Shown one piece after another: positions 44,637-55,037 of a DNA stretch of 64,000 nucleotides (the first letter of the stretch is position 1; each line of letters starts with the position of its first letter). Both the position numbers and the translations under genes were made by a program. The notes under the pieces were generated by a model, which saw only the letters and a list, made by a program, of their open reading frames with translations, was not told the DNA's origin and ran no database searches. The stretch is taken from contig CAUJCN010000002.1 of NCBI GenBank assembly GCA_963169855.1, forward strand, positions 709,608-773,607, read 5' to 3'. The stretch comes from Patescibacteria group bacterium (GTDB lineage Bacteria; Patescibacteriota; Dojkabacteria; J137).

Positions 44637-44691
44637 ATTTATACATATCGAGATATCATGTGATATAATTGCTTACTATTTTAATTTAGAA

Positions 44692-44699
44692 AAGGAGTA
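44692..44699 (+). promoter_or_regulatory. Shine-Dalgarno-like site of rpsU complementary to the variant anti-SD
   Basis: AAAGGAGT just upstream of the ATG pairs with 16S 3' ACTCCTTT. Confidence 0.6.
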
Positions 44700-44701
44700 A
44701 T

Positions 44702-44905
44702 ATGTCAGTAGTTGTACACGATGACATGCCAATTGATTTGGCTCTTAGACTTCTCTGGAGAGAAGCTACAAGAGAAGGTGTTTTAGAGAAAAGAGAATCT
44801 TTAAGATACTATGTAGCAAAAGCTCAGAAGAAACACGAAAAAAAGAAAGTGTGGGAGAAAATGAAGAGACGAAGTAGTGCAGCAAAAAGAAAAAAGCTGA
44901 AATAA
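44702..44905 (+). CDS. rpsU: 30S ribosomal protein S21
   Basis: IDLALR...EGVL...RYY pattern with basic C-terminus. Confidence 0.85.
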   Translation: MSVVVHDDMPIDLALRLLWREATREGVLEKRESLRYYVAKAQKKHEKKKVWEKMKRRSSAAKRKKLK

Positions 44906-44920
44906 TTGGATACAGATTCT

Positions 44921-44961
44921 AGAAATCCTCTGTCCGCTAATGGCGGTTCGGAGGATTTTTT
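44921..44961 (+). terminator. Terminator after rpsU capped by CCGCTAATGGCGG
   Basis: AGAAATCCTCTG...CGGAGGATTTTTT. Confidence 0.75.
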
Positions 44962-45069
44962 GTTGGGTTTTTACTACAAAAACATAGACGATTTAAAGCT
45001 CAAAGCCGTATACTATTTAAGCATGAATTTTAATCTTTTTGAACTTTAAGCCTTTAAACTTTTTTGATT

Positions 45070-46590
45070 ATGGCAGATGTCCTTTATAGAAAATACAGAT
45101 CGAAATCTTTCGCGGAACTCGTAGGTCAGGAAACAACAGTAGCTGTTTTAAAAGAGGCAATCAAGCAAAATAAAATAGCTCATGCTTATCTATTTTCAGG
45201 TCCTAGAGGTACTGGAAAAACTTCTGCAGCGAGAATTTTTAGTAAAGCTATAAACTGTGAGAAATTTACAGAATTAGGTGATGTTTGCAATGAGTGCATG
45301 TATTGCAAGGCTATCAATAACGTTCAAACACAGGATGTATTAGAGATCGACGCAGCTTCAAACAGAAAGGTAGACGATATTAGAGAATTAAAGAATAACA
45401 TCGATTACCTTCCAACATTACTAAAGAAAAGAATAATTATAATAGACGAAGCTCACATGCTTACTAACGAAGCGTTCAATGCCTTGCTTAAAACTTTAGA
45501 AGAGCCACCAGAGCATATAGTATTCATTTTTGCTACAACAGAATCACATAAGATGCCGATTACTATACTCTCTAGAGTACAGAGGTTTGATTTTAAACTA
45601 GGAACAAAAACAACTATAATAAATAAGTTAGCTAATATAGCAAAACAAGAAAACTTTGAAGTTGAGGAGGCGGCTTTGGAGCTTGTTTACAAAAAATCAG
45701 GAGGAAGCTACAGAGACTCGGAGAGCTTACTGGGCAAGATTTTAAACAGCACATCGGATAATAAAGTAACTTTGGAAGAAGTGCAGAATTTGCTTGGAAT
45801 GGTTTCTGACTCAGAACTGGTTCAGATTTTAGAACTTCTCATCGATGGTAAAGTCGAAGAGTTCATTTCTTTAATTTCTAGTCAAGTTGATTCGGGATTA
45901 GATCTATCTTACTTAGTAGAGCAGCTTTTAGAAAAATGTAGAGATATGCTTCTTCAGACATTTACTACAGATAAAGTCAGATATATGAAGGTAATGAAAG
46001 TAGTTAACGCTCTGATCAAAGCCAAGAGAGATGGAAAAGAATTCACAGATAAACAATTGGTTTTAGAAATTTATTTATCGGAGCTTGGATTAGGGGATGT
46101 TCCTCCAACTAGACCTCCAGAAAGTTCTTCTAGTAAGCCAGTTGCTCCTGAACCTCAGCCTGTAAAAGCTCAAGATTTACCAAAGCCTATCGAAGAAAAG
46201 AAATTAGAGACTCCAGTTTCTACTTCAAGTATGGTTGCATCTGGAGACTTCAACCAAGCTTCATTCGAAGACACAGTCTTTGATATCCATGGAAGAGTAG
46301 GGGGGTTCATTAGCGGTTGCAGAACTAGCTATTCAGATAATAATTTAACAATTCTTGTAGATGGCGTTTGGAAGCAGAAGCAACTAATTGAGCATACAGT
46401 TACTCTAAAAGAAGCTTTAACTAGAATGGGTTTGACTCCAAATGATATACTTATTGTTGTTGATGATGCTGTTTCTGTACAACAAGTACCACAAGAAACT
46501 GTAGCAGCAGTAGTAGCTCAAGTAGAATCTGCTCCTGTTGAGGTAGGGTCTCTTGATGATAACTCAGCATTAGTCGAAGAATTCATTTAA
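45070..46590 (+). CDS. dnaX: DNA polymerase III gamma/tau
   Basis: LYRKYR, GPRGTGKT, EIDAASN, DEAHML, NALLKTLEEPP. Confidence 0.97.
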   Translation: MADVLYRKYRSKSFAELVGQETTVAVLKEAIKQNKIAHAYLFSGPRGTGKTSAARIFSKAINCEKFTELGDVCNECMYCKAINNVQTQDVLEIDAASNRKVDDIRELKNNIDYLPTLLKKRIIIIDEAHMLTNEAFNALLKTLEEPPEHIVFIFATTESHKMPITILSRVQRFDFKLGTKTTIINKLANIAKQENFEVEEAALELVYKKSGGSYRDSESLLGKILNSTSDNKVTLEEVQNLLGMVSDSELVQILELLIDGKVEEFISLISSQVDSGLDLSYLVEQLLEKCRDMLLQTFTTDKVRYMKVMKVVNALIKAKRDGKEFTDKQLVLEIYLSELGLGDVPPTRPPESSSSKPVAPEPQPVKAQDLPKPIEEKKLETPVSTSSMVASGDFNQASFEDTVFDIHGRVGGFISGCRTSYSDNNLTILVDGVWKQKQLIEHTVTLKEALTRMGLTPNDILIVVDDAVSVQQVPQETVAAVVAQVESAPVEVGSLDDNSALVEEFI

Positions 46591-46606
46591 ATATTAAAAA
46601 AATCAT

Positions 46607-46924
46607 ATGGGAATATTAGACATGGCAAAAATGGCACAGAAAGCTATGAAGGCAAGAAGTGCAATGTCAAAAATCAAGGCAGCTGGTAAAAATGGATCTT
46701 TAGCCATGGCTATCGATGGTCTTTACAATGTTACTGATGTAGAGGTTGATAAAGAAACTCTTAAGTCAGAAATTGGATACGAAATTGAAGATAGAGTTTT
46801 AGAAAAAGTTATCAATGTTTTCAAAAACAACATCAAAAGAGCTAGTGCTGATACTAAAAAAGCATTAGAAAAAGAGCTGCAGAACAACACAAGCATGGAT
46901 GATCTAAAGAGCATGCTTCAATAA
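46607..46924 (+). CDS. ybaB: YbaB/EbfC nucleoid-associated protein
   Basis: Size, Met-rich N-terminal helix and dnaX-ybaB-recR synteny. Confidence 0.75.
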   Translation: MGILDMAKMAQKAMKARSAMSKIKAAGKNGSLAMAIDGLYNVTDVEVDKETLKSEIGYEIEDRVLEKVINVFKNNIKRASADTKKALEKELQNNTSMDDLKSMLQ

Positions 46925-46928
46925 AACT

Positions 46929-47534
46929 ATGGCTTTTCCCAAAGAGATACAAGAACTTAGTGATGCGTTTGCTTCTTTGCCTGGAATAGGTCCAAAGTTA
47001 TCCAGCAGAATAGCGTTATACCTTTCTGTGGGTGGTAAGAATTTAGCTAAGAAAATAGAGAATGACATCTCGAAAATGGTCCAGAAAATTAGATTATGTG
47101 AGCAATGCAACAATGTTTCTACAGAATCGTTATGCGAAATTTGCTCAGATTCTCAAAGAGAAAAGCTAGCAATCATAGTAGTAGAAGACTCAATGGATTT
47201 ATATAACATCGAATCAAGTGGGGCTTACAAAGGGCTTTATCACGTTATAGGCGGAGTTATTTCTCCTCTAAACGGTATAACTCCAGACAGATTATTCATT
47301 CAAAGCCTTTTTGATAGAGTAAAACAGGATTCTTCCATATCTGAAATTATTTTTGCCTTAAATCCTTCTGTTGAAGGGGAATCTACGACAATTTTCATCA
47401 AAGAAGGCCTTGCTAATATTAGCTCAAATCTAGAAATGACTCAGTTAGCAAAGGGAATTCCATTTGGGTCAGATATAGAATTTATCTCCGGGCAGACACT
47501 TAGAGACAGTCTTTACAGTAGGAATAAGATCTAA
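46929..47534 (+). CDS. recR: Recombination mediator RecR
   Basis: LPGIGPK, C4 zinc finger, YHVIGGVISPLNGI, EGEST. Confidence 0.96.
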   Translation: MAFPKEIQELSDAFASLPGIGPKLSSRIALYLSVGGKNLAKKIENDISKMVQKIRLCEQCNNVSTESLCEICSDSQREKLAIIVVEDSMDLYNIESSGAYKGLYHVIGGVISPLNGITPDRLFIQSLFDRVKQDSSISEIIFALNPSVEGESTTIFIKEGLANISSNLEMTQLAKGIPFGSDIEFISGQTLRDSLYSRNKI

Positions 47535-47697
47535 AATTACTTCGTAGAAATCACAACCCTAAAATATCTAATCTCCAAAAATAGGGTTTTCAATCGTTTA
47601 ATTTTGTATTCCGTAAGTCGTTACCCCTTTTATCTTTTTCCCTTGTCCTTATTGAAGAGTTTATGTATAATTCAGTGATTGTTTTTAGGTTATATAT

Positions 47698-47982
47698 ATG
47701 CAGAAATACGAGTTAGCGTTAGTCTTGAAGCCTCTAAGTAATGAGGAAGTGAAAGACAAATTCATTAACAAACTGGAAGCTCTGGTAAAGAAGCTAGAAG
47801 GTAATGTTGGAAAGTATAACTATCTTGGAAAAAGATTGTTGGCTTATCCTATTAAAAAGCAGAAGGAAGGTTATTACCTATTCTGTAAGTTAGAAATTTC
47901 AAGAAGCCATGTTGCAGAACTGGATAAATTCTTGAACACAAACCCAGAAGTTCTTAGATCACTAAGAATCAAGGAAGATTAA
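47698..47982 (+). CDS. rpsF: 30S ribosomal protein S6
   Basis: KYEL, GKRLLAYPIKK, EGYY, VLR. Confidence 0.96.
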   Translation: MQKYELALVLKPLSNEEVKDKFINKLEALVKKLEGNVGKYNYLGKRLLAYPIKKQKEGYYLFCKLEISRSHVAELDKFLNTNPEVLRSLRIKED

Positions 47983-48006
47983 CTGTAATTAATTATTATT
48001 TGAAGT

Positions 48007-48471
48007 ATGTCAAAGTCTAGATCATTAAACAAAGTGATGTTAATTGGTAACTTAACAAGAAGTCCAATGTTAAAGGAAACTACTGGAGGAGTACAAATTT
48101 GCTCATTTGGATTAGCAACAAATACATCATGGAAGGACAAGGATGGAAATGTTAAAGAAAAAGCTGAATATCACAACCTAATTGCATTTAATAAATTGGC
48201 GGAAATCTGCGCAATGGTATTGGATGTTGGAATGTTGGTTTACGCAGAAGGTGAATTAAGAAACAGAGTAACAGAAGGAGAAGACGGAAAAAGACAGTAC
48301 AGAAGTGAAATCAAATTAAACGATATGTATGTTCTAGACAGTAAAGGAAAAAAGGGAGTAGGAATTGACTCAGCAAAAGCAGCAGAAGGAAGTGATATGG
48401 ATGTAGTTGCAGAAGAAGTGATTACAGAATCAACAGATTCAGATGAATTCAAAAGCGAAGATTTATTCTAA
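48007..48471 (+). CDS. ssb: Single-stranded DNA-binding protein
   Basis: LNKVMLIGNL, VYAEGELR, acidic tail EDLF. Confidence 0.96.
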   Translation: MSKSRSLNKVMLIGNLTRSPMLKETTGGVQICSFGLATNTSWKDKDGNVKEKAEYHNLIAFNKLAEICAMVLDVGMLVYAEGELRNRVTEGEDGKRQYRSEIKLNDMYVLDSKGKKGVGIDSAKAAEGSDMDVVAEEVITESTDSDEFKSEDLF

Positions 48472-48520
48472 TCGACATTTTGAATCTTTGAATTTTATAT
48501 TTAGAAATTTTTAAAATAAC

Positions 48521-48766
48521 ATGGCTTTAAAGAAAAAAATCAAAAAGAAATACGTTCCTCAAGCAAAATTGTCTTGCCCTTTTGATGGCGATCCTAGTAG
48601 AATAGACTATAAGGATGTTTCTACTCTTAAGAAATACATTTCAACAAGAGGTAGGATTCTTCCTCCTGATAAAACAGGAATTTCTGCAAAGTGCCAAAGA
48701 AAATTCGCGCTTTCTGTAAAGAGAGCTAGATACATTGCACTATTGCCTTTTGTACAGTACGTCTAA
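48521..48766 (+). CDS. rpsR: 30S ribosomal protein S18
   Basis: [22 protein letters not shown]. Confidence 0.97.
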   Translation: MALKKKIKKKYVPQAKLSCPFDGDPSRIDYKDVSTLKKYISTRGRILPPDKTGISAKCQRKFALSVKRARYIALLPFVQYV

Positions 48767-48769
48767 TAA

Positions 48770-50023
48770 ATGATCAAAGAAGAGATCGAGAGCTATCAGA
48801 ACGATAGCTCTACTAAAACTATTGCACCTGTCCTAATAGCCCTTAGCTTTATTATCGGTATAGGTATCGGTGCTTTATTACTCTCAGTTTTCTCCAGTAC
48901 AGCTAAATCAGAAACAAACACAAACTCAGCTAATGTAAGTCTAGAAGATTTTATCGACGAACCTTACTTGCAGAATGTTTTGAAAATTTTCAACGAAAGA
49001 TATCTACACGAAATCCCAGATAAAAAAGAGGTTACCTACGGAATTGTAAAGGGCTTTATTTCGTCTTTAAACGACAAATACACCAGCTTTTTGGACCCAG
49101 AGGAAGCTAATCAATACCGAGAATCTAGAGACCCCTCATTCGACGGTATAGGCGTTACTTTAAAGTTTGAAGAAGGTTACACTAGAGTAGAAACTGTTCT
49201 TAAAGGCAATCCAGCAGAAGCGGCAGGAGTTTTACCTGGAGATATTATTCTAGAAGTTGATGGAGAAGCGATGGATAATCAATTTCCCACATATGTTTCT
49301 AGCAAAATCAGAGGAGAAAAAGACACTCAAGTTACTCTAAAACTTTACAGAAATGCTTCAGCAGAGATTAAAGAATTTACAATTACTAGAGCTAGAATTG
49401 AGACTTCAAATATTTCGTGGAAGGAATTAGATAATGGAGTATTCCAGATTTCTATTTCTCAATTCATTGATGTAACACCTTCTGATTTCAACAAGGCTTG
49501 GGATCAAATCGTAACTGAAATTTTACAGAAAAACTCTAATCCAACAGGAATCATCATGGATTTAAGAGGAAACCCAGGAGGATATGTAGATAGTGTAAAA
49601 CACGTCCTAGAAGAATTCCTAAAACAGGATCAAATTATGATGATGGAAAACTCAAAGATTTACGGAAAAGTTATTTATAAAGATAAGAGAGTAGGAAGAC
49701 TAGAAAACCTACCTGTATCAGTAATCGTGAACGAAGGAAGTGCATCTGCTTCTGAAATCTTCGCAACAGCTATTCAAGAAAATGAAAGAGGAAAAGTTGT
49801 TGGTAAACCTACAGTTGGAAAGGGTGTAGAGCAAGAAGTTAACGAAAGATTCGAAGATGGAAGCATCTTAGTAATGGTATTCCAAGAATGGTTAACTCCA
49901 AAAGAAAATAGAGTATCTGCAGAAAATCCTGTTAAACCAGATTTCGAAGTAGACTACACTCAAGAAAACTATTCTAACGGAATCGATCCTCAACTAGATA
50001 AAGCTATCGAGATTTTGAGATAA
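48770..50023 (+). CDS. ctpA: S41 carboxy-terminal processing protease
   Basis: TM, PDZ, DLRGNPGG, SASASEI, TVGKG. Confidence 0.93.
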   Translation: MIKEEIESYQNDSSTKTIAPVLIALSFIIGIGIGALLLSVFSSTAKSETNTNSANVSLEDFIDEPYLQNVLKIFNERYLHEIPDKKEVTYGIVKGFISSLNDKYTSFLDPEEANQYRESRDPSFDGIGVTLKFEEGYTRVETVLKGNPAEAAGVLPGDIILEVDGEAMDNQFPTYVSSKIRGEKDTQVTLKLYRNASAEIKEFTITRARIETSNISWKELDNGVFQISISQFIDVTPSDFNKAWDQIVTEILQKNSNPTGIIMDLRGNPGGYVDSVKHVLEEFLKQDQIMMMENSKIYGKVIYKDKRVGRLENLPVSVIVNEGSASASEIFATAIQENERGKVVGKPTVGKGVEQEVNERFEDGSILVMVFQEWLTPKENRVSAENPVKPDFEVDYTQENYSNGIDPQLDKAIEILR

Positions 50024-50059
50024 TCCCCCCAAAAATCCTTGTAGTGATATAATCCCCGA

Positions 50060-50491
50060 ATGGAGATCCCTAGAGATATATCTACAAACCCCAAATACCT
50101 ACTAAATGGTTTAAGAGTCTTTGGTATAGATTCTCCAGATTTAAAGATACTTAAGAGTTCCCATAGGCTGAAGATACTCAGATATCTCTTTATTGACGAG
50201 TTACCAGAGGAACTAGTTGAACTAGACGATCCTAAGTTCTACTTTTACAAATGTAGAGGTAACTTCATTCAAACTGTTATGGGTACTTTCTGGGCCTTAC
50301 TTAGATATCAACTGATAACCGATAGAGCTCTTAAAATTAAAATAAAAGATTTCTATCAATTTGTGAGAAGTCTGGACTTTACTAAAAAACTGGATAAAAG
50401 TGTAATAGAAGTTGTTAATCAAATACAAGATGATGTAATTGCGCACCTTGGACCGAAAATATTATCCTTTAATGATTCTGAGAACCTCTGA
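50060..50491 (+). CDS. Hypothetical protein
   Basis: 143-aa ORF; TGaTATAAT 6 nt before the ATG. Confidence 0.65.
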   Translation: MEIPRDISTNPKYLLNGLRVFGIDSPDLKILKSSHRLKILRYLFIDELPEELVELDDPKFYFYKCRGNFIQTVMGTFWALLRYQLITDRALKIKIKDFYQFVRSLDFTKKLDKSVIEVVNQIQDDVIAHLGPKILSFNDSENL

Positions 50492-51199
50492 GACTTTAGA
50501 AGGGTCTGCTATAGCAACTATACTTCCTGAATTTGATATCGAATTGTATGTATACTCCGTACCATCTAATTTGTAGATGTTTCCACCATGAGATTTTAAA
50601 ATGCCATGCAGAGGAGCAATATCCCAAATATAAATCGCATCATTTGGGTAAACTACAAAATCAATTTCGCCGTTTAACATATTGATAATTGGACGATATC
50701 CTCTTTTTAAATCCTTTCGGGAGACAGTTCTAATAGGATTATTATAACTAACACCTTCTTTCTCAATTGTTCTTAGCATCCCAGAGTTTTCTGTCGTAGC
50801 ATTTTCAACTTCATCAAAGATGTTTGTGATTGGATTGTATGTAGTTCCAAAAATTACAGTTCCGTTTCTGATAATCGAAATCATAATGTTGAATCTAGCA
50901 ACCGATTTCAGAAAGTTTCTAGTGCCAGCCAATGGATCTATTGTTATAACTAAGTCATCTTTTGGATATTCTCCTGAATTCGACTCTTCAGAAATGATTT
51001 TCGCGGTAGGGAACAATTCTTGTATTCTTGGAATTAGAAAATCTTGCGACTTTAAGTCAGTAGAAGTTACTGGAGAACCGTCAGCTTTTGTTTCTGTGGT
51101 GAAGTTTCTAGATAGGAAATCTTCTTCAATCATTCTTCCTGTCTCGATTATGGCGTTACGAAGCTTTTCTAGTAAATCTTTTTCAAGTGATTCTATCAT
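50462..51199 (-). CDS. Inositol monophosphatase/CysQ-family protein
   Basis: KADGSPVT.TD, ISEE, IDPLAGT.NF, WDIAP. Confidence 0.88.
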   Translation of the reverse strand: MIESLEKDLLEKLRNAIIETGRMIEEDFLSRNFTTETKADGSPVTSTDLKSQDFLIPRIQELFPTAKIISEESNSGEYPKDDLVITIDPLAGTRNFLKSVARFNIMISIIRNGTVIFGTTYNPITNIFDEVENATTENSGMLRTIEKEGVSYNNPIRTVSRKDLKRGYRPIINMLNGEIDFVVYPNDAIYIWDIAPLHGILKSHGGNIYKLDGTEYTYNSISNSGSIVAIADPSKVSEVLRIIKG

Positions 51200-51255
51200 G
51201 TGTGAATTTTAACACTTCAATAGCTTAAAAGCTTAAAATCAGCTAAAATACCAGT

Positions 51256-52281
51256 ATGACTGATCAAATAAAAGAGTTGGCATCAGAAATACTTGAAGTC
51301 ATCTTAAAATCAAAAAAAATCCTACTACACTGCCACCCTTACCCCGATCCAGATAGTATTGGGTCTGTTTTGGCTATGTCGGAAGTTCTAAAGCATATGG
51401 GGAAAGAAGTCTTCTCAATAATTGGAGATACGGAGTATCCTCAAAACCTCTTGGGTTTACCAAACTACAAATGGATACAACCAAAAAACTTTACTCAAAT
51501 AGATACAAGCGAATTTGATTTATTCATTATTTTGGATAGCTCATCAACAGCACAAATTACCAGGTTGGTACCTATTGTGTTTCCAGATAATATGAATACG
51601 ATAGTAATTGACCACCATCCTACAAACTCTAAGTTCGGTAAGATTAATTTAGTAGAATCATCGTATTCCTCTACGAGCCAAATATTATATGAGCTTTTTA
51701 AATTATGGAATGTGGAAGTAAGTCCAGATACTGCAGTTTGTTTATTTATGGGAATCTATGCAGATACAGGTGGTTTTAAATATCTCAATTCAACACCTGA
51801 AACAATTTTTGTAGCTTCTGAACTTGTAAAGATTAACCCTAACTATCACAAACTTCTTTTTGATTTAGAAAACAGTAAGAAGCCTATAGAGATAGAAATG
51901 GTTGGATTAGCCTTCTCATCTGTTGAAAAATACTTTTCAAATCAGGTCGTATTATCAGTAATTCGTTATGAAGAAATCAAAAAAAGGAATCTGTCCAAGA
52001 ATGATGCTATGGAAGGTCTTGTAGCAAGTCAATTAAGAACTGTAGTTGGTTGGGATTTGGTGGCAAGTCTTGTTGAAGCAGAGCATAATGTAGTTACAGT
52101 GAGTTTAAGAACTAGAGATGAAAACAAATTTGATGTTAGTAAAATCGCTAAAACAGTTGGAGAAAAAGGGGGAGGTCATAAAGGAGCAGCTGGTACTACT
52201 ATTATGGAACCCGTATCCAAAGCGAAGGCAACCCTATTAAGAGCAATTGAGCAAGCTTTTCCTGAACTAGGAAAGCAATAA
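51256..52281 (+). CDS. nrnA: DHH/DHHA1 phosphoesterase (NrnA-like nanoRNase / pAp phosphatase)
   Basis: HPYPDPD, IDHH, DTGGF, SLRT, GGGHKGAAG. Confidence 0.9.
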   Translation: MTDQIKELASEILEVILKSKKILLHCHPYPDPDSIGSVLAMSEVLKHMGKEVFSIIGDTEYPQNLLGLPNYKWIQPKNFTQIDTSEFDLFIILDSSSTAQITRLVPIVFPDNMNTIVIDHHPTNSKFGKINLVESSYSSTSQILYELFKLWNVEVSPDTAVCLFMGIYADTGGFKYLNSTPETIFVASELVKINPNYHKLLFDLENSKKPIEIEMVGLAFSSVEKYFSNQVVLSVIRYEEIKKRNLSKNDAMEGLVASQLRTVVGWDLVASLVEAEHNVVTVSLRTRDENKFDVSKIAKTVGEKGGGHKGAAGTTIMEPVSKAKATLLRAIEQAFPELGKQ

Positions 52282-52285
52282 CTAG

Positions 52286-53134
52286 TTAGGATCGTAGCAT
52301 AACTTGTGGGTAATCATCAGGAGAATTACTTTTCTTGAAAACAATCATTCCATTGTGTTCATAGATCATCATATCCTTATACTTTTCTGACTTAGCTTCT
52401 AGTATCTTTCTAATTACTCTTGGATTTGTTTCCATTATCAATCCAGCAATTGAACATAGTGCTTGAATTTTGGGGTTGTTGCAATCGACAGTACACCAAA
52501 CGTTGTAATTGTTTTTAGCTAGATCTGCAAATAATGCTATCCAATCTGAACCTTCTCTAGCTGCCGCAGAATATATTCTCTCTCCATCTACCAAACAACA
52601 TGATTGTATGCCTTTGTTACCCCAGCGAATTACAATAGAACTGATATTTTTATTAAAGACTTTAGATTCATCAAAGTGCTTCCCATACGCCCCTTTTAAC
52701 AATTTGGCAACTTCTATTTTATGCTCATCCTTTAGATCAGATAACTCTATGGACGTATACTCTGAACTCGTGGTAAGCTTATTCTTCTTTCTAGCAATTC
52801 CTTCAAAAATATCTTGGCAATCTTGTCCAAAAAACTCATAGACCTCCTCGGAATTCAAATTTCCACAAAACGAAGCAATTTTATACCGAAAAGCTGGATT
52901 GGTACGCGCAAACTCAACTATTTTAGGGATACTAGCGTGGATAATTTCTCTAGTTTCCTGCGGAATAACAATATCTGGGAGCCGCGAAATCTGTTTAAGG
53001 GCATTTATAACTATAATTGGATCCTCAGCTGCTCTTATAGGATTAGCAAATCTTATTTCTCGTGCTCTTATCTCCTTTATAATCTCAGGGTTTTCTATTT
53101 TGTGTGTATGAATATTTTCAAGCCAATTGGAGTA
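52286..53134 (-). pseudogene. 5'-truncated gene: nucleotidyltransferase (CCA/PAP-like) remnant fused to a possible GNAT-like domain
   Basis: The frame stays open about 90 codons upstream of TTG 52858 with no start codon; it reads IRFANPIRAAEDPIIVINALKQISRL, resembling the EDPLRxLRA motif. Confidence 0.55.
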
Positions 53135-53395
53135 TTAAGCTTTGGAGAAAGAAGTCGTGTAATGCTAGCAAAATTGGCTTTAAGAAAACATAATTTCTTA
53201 GTATTAGATGAGCCTTCAAATCATTTGGATATTGCTTCTAGGGAAGCATTGGCACACATGTTAAATGAGTTTCAGGGAACAGTGCTTTTAGTATCTCATG
53301 ATGAAAACTTTATGGAAGGGGTTGGACTAGACAAAGTAGTTACGTTGCAAAAGGGTCAATCGCATAACTCAAGTTTAGAGCTTTTAGAAAGTTAG
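53108..53395 (+). pseudogene. C-terminal fragment of an ABC-F ATPase
   Basis: LSFGERSRVMLAK, FLVLDEPSNHLD, VLLVSHD; no Walker A or upstream domains. Confidence 0.85.
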
Positions 53396-53465
53396 ATTTT
53401 GATCTCATACTATCTTGTTCAAACTTTGGCCTAACGACAAAGTAACTTTGGGATATCTAATTTTA

Positions 53466-54560
53466 CTAATCATCATCAACTTCGCCTTCACTTACATTTC
53501 CACCCCTAATTCCTTTTTGGGTCTCATCAATAATATCGTCCATTATTCCTTCCATCACTTCTTCGATGTTGAACCAGCTCTTATGGATTCTATGGTCTGT
53601 AATTCTTGACTGAGGGAAGTTAAATGTTCTGATCTTAGATGATCTTTCGGAGTCGCTAACAGCAGCTGATTTAATTTCTTTCGCCTCTGCAGCTCTTTTG
53701 TCTCTTTCAATTTGTTCTAACTTGGATGCTAAAACACTCATCGCAAGATCTTTATTTTTATGTTGCGATTTTCCCTGTTGAGAAGTAACGATAATTCCTG
53801 TAGGGATATGAAGAATTCTAACTGCAGAGTCTGTAGTATTAACAGATTGTCCACCTGGTCCACTAGCTCTGTAGACATCAATTCTTAAATCGCTTTGATT
53901 AATAGCAACATCCTTATATTCAAATTGGGGAAGCACAGCCACAGCAACTGTAGATGTATGAATTCTTCCTAAAGCTTCTGTCTTAGGTACTCTTTGAACT
54001 CTGTGAACTCCACTTTCGAATCTGAATGTTGCGTAAGATCCAGGTTCGTCAACTAAGAAGATTGCTTCGTTGATTCCACCTTCAGCTTTTTGTTCTAAAG
54101 ATAGAACCTCAACCTTGTACCCTTTAGCAACACAGTACTTAAGGTATGCTTTGTATAACTCTTCTCCGAACAAAGAGGCTTCTGTCCCGCCAACTCCAGG
54201 ACGAATTTCAATGATTGCTTTTTTCTCATCATTCTCAAGCGGAGTGGCTGTAAGTAGCTCAAATCTGGAGCTTAAAGGCGTTAATTTTTCAAGGATTGAG
54301 TTATTCTCAGCCACTGCATCTGCTCCGAAATCCGGATCGGAAACAAGCTCAAGATTATCTTCGTATTGTTTGATCAGCTTAGTAATCTCGACATAAAGAT
54401 CTAAAACTTCATTGGTTCTTGTGAGTTCTTTAAATAAAGAAATGCTTTCAGGAGAGTTAAAGTCGCTTATGGAAGAAGTTTTCTGTGTTAATTCGTCTTT
54501 AAGGTCTCGGAACTTTTGTATATCAACAGTCTTGATTTTGTTTCTGATTTCCTCCAACAC
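53466..54560 (-). CDS. prfA: Peptide chain release factor 1
   Basis: ESGVHRVQRVPKTE (PxT motif), GPGGQSVN. Confidence 0.97.
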   Translation of the reverse strand: MLEEIRNKIKTVDIQKFRDLKDELTQKTSSISDFNSPESISLFKELTRTNEVLDLYVEITKLIKQYEDNLELVSDPDFGADAVAENNSILEKLTPLSSRFELLTATPLENDEKKAIIEIRPGVGGTEASLFGEELYKAYLKYCVAKGYKVEVLSLEQKAEGGINEAIFLVDEPGSYATFRFESGVHRVQRVPKTEALGRIHTSTVAVAVLPQFEYKDVAINQSDLRIDVYRASGPGGQSVNTTDSAVRILHIPTGIIVTSQQGKSQHKNKDLAMSVLASKLEQIERDKRAAEAKEIKSAAVSDSERSSKIRTFNFPQSRITDHRIHKSWFNIEEVMEGIMDDIIDETQKGIRGGNVSEGEVDDD

Positions 54561-54593
54561 GCCTTAATTATAATCTAAAATAGAGTAGGTATG

Positions 54594-54623
54594 AAAATAC
54601 CCTGCAGTTTCCCACAGGGTATT
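54594..54623 (-). terminator. Terminator after rpmE
   Basis: AATACCCTG...CAGGGTATT hairpin with U-tract on the minus strand. Confidence 0.65.
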
Positions 54624-54640
54624 GATCTATAGATGCTGAT

Positions 54641-54949
54641 CTACTTGATGTTCATCAACATGTCCTTTAGAGACAATCCTGATGTAGAAGCTTTCTTTTC
54701 TGTCTGCTTCTTTTCTTTTTTCTTTACAAGATTTGCCGACATTTCTGCAGCTACAGCTTTTTTCTTGTTGAACTTCTCAACTAAGTCGTCTCTGTCTACA
54801 AGGATTTCCTTTCCAGTATAGAAAGGGTGGCAATTGCTACATAATTCAACTTTTAGTTCTTCTTGAGTTGAACCTAAGTGTCTTACGTTACCACAACTTG
54901 AGCAAGTTACTGTTGCTGAGTAATATTTTGGTTGTATTGACTTTTTCAT
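54641..54949 (-). CDS. rpmE: 50S ribosomal protein L31 (zinc-binding type)
   Basis: CSSCG, CSNCHPFYTG. Confidence 0.97.
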   Translation of the reverse strand: MKKSIQPKYYSATVTCSSCGNVRHLGSTQEELKVELCSNCHPFYTGKEILVDRDDLVEKFNKKKAVAAEMSANLVKKKEKKQTEKKASTSGLSLKDMLMNIK

Positions 54950-55037
54950 AATCTAGTACCCTAAAATAGCTTTTTAATGTGCTAGAATTATATCTGTAAA
55001 TAACGAAATAGTAAAGCTTAATTTTATATATCATATT

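Noticed and set aside
52814-53107. N-terminal half of the 193-aa ORF as a real ABC protein domain
   Set aside because: It is the antisense of the truncated minus-strand gene; ABC similarity starts only near 53108.
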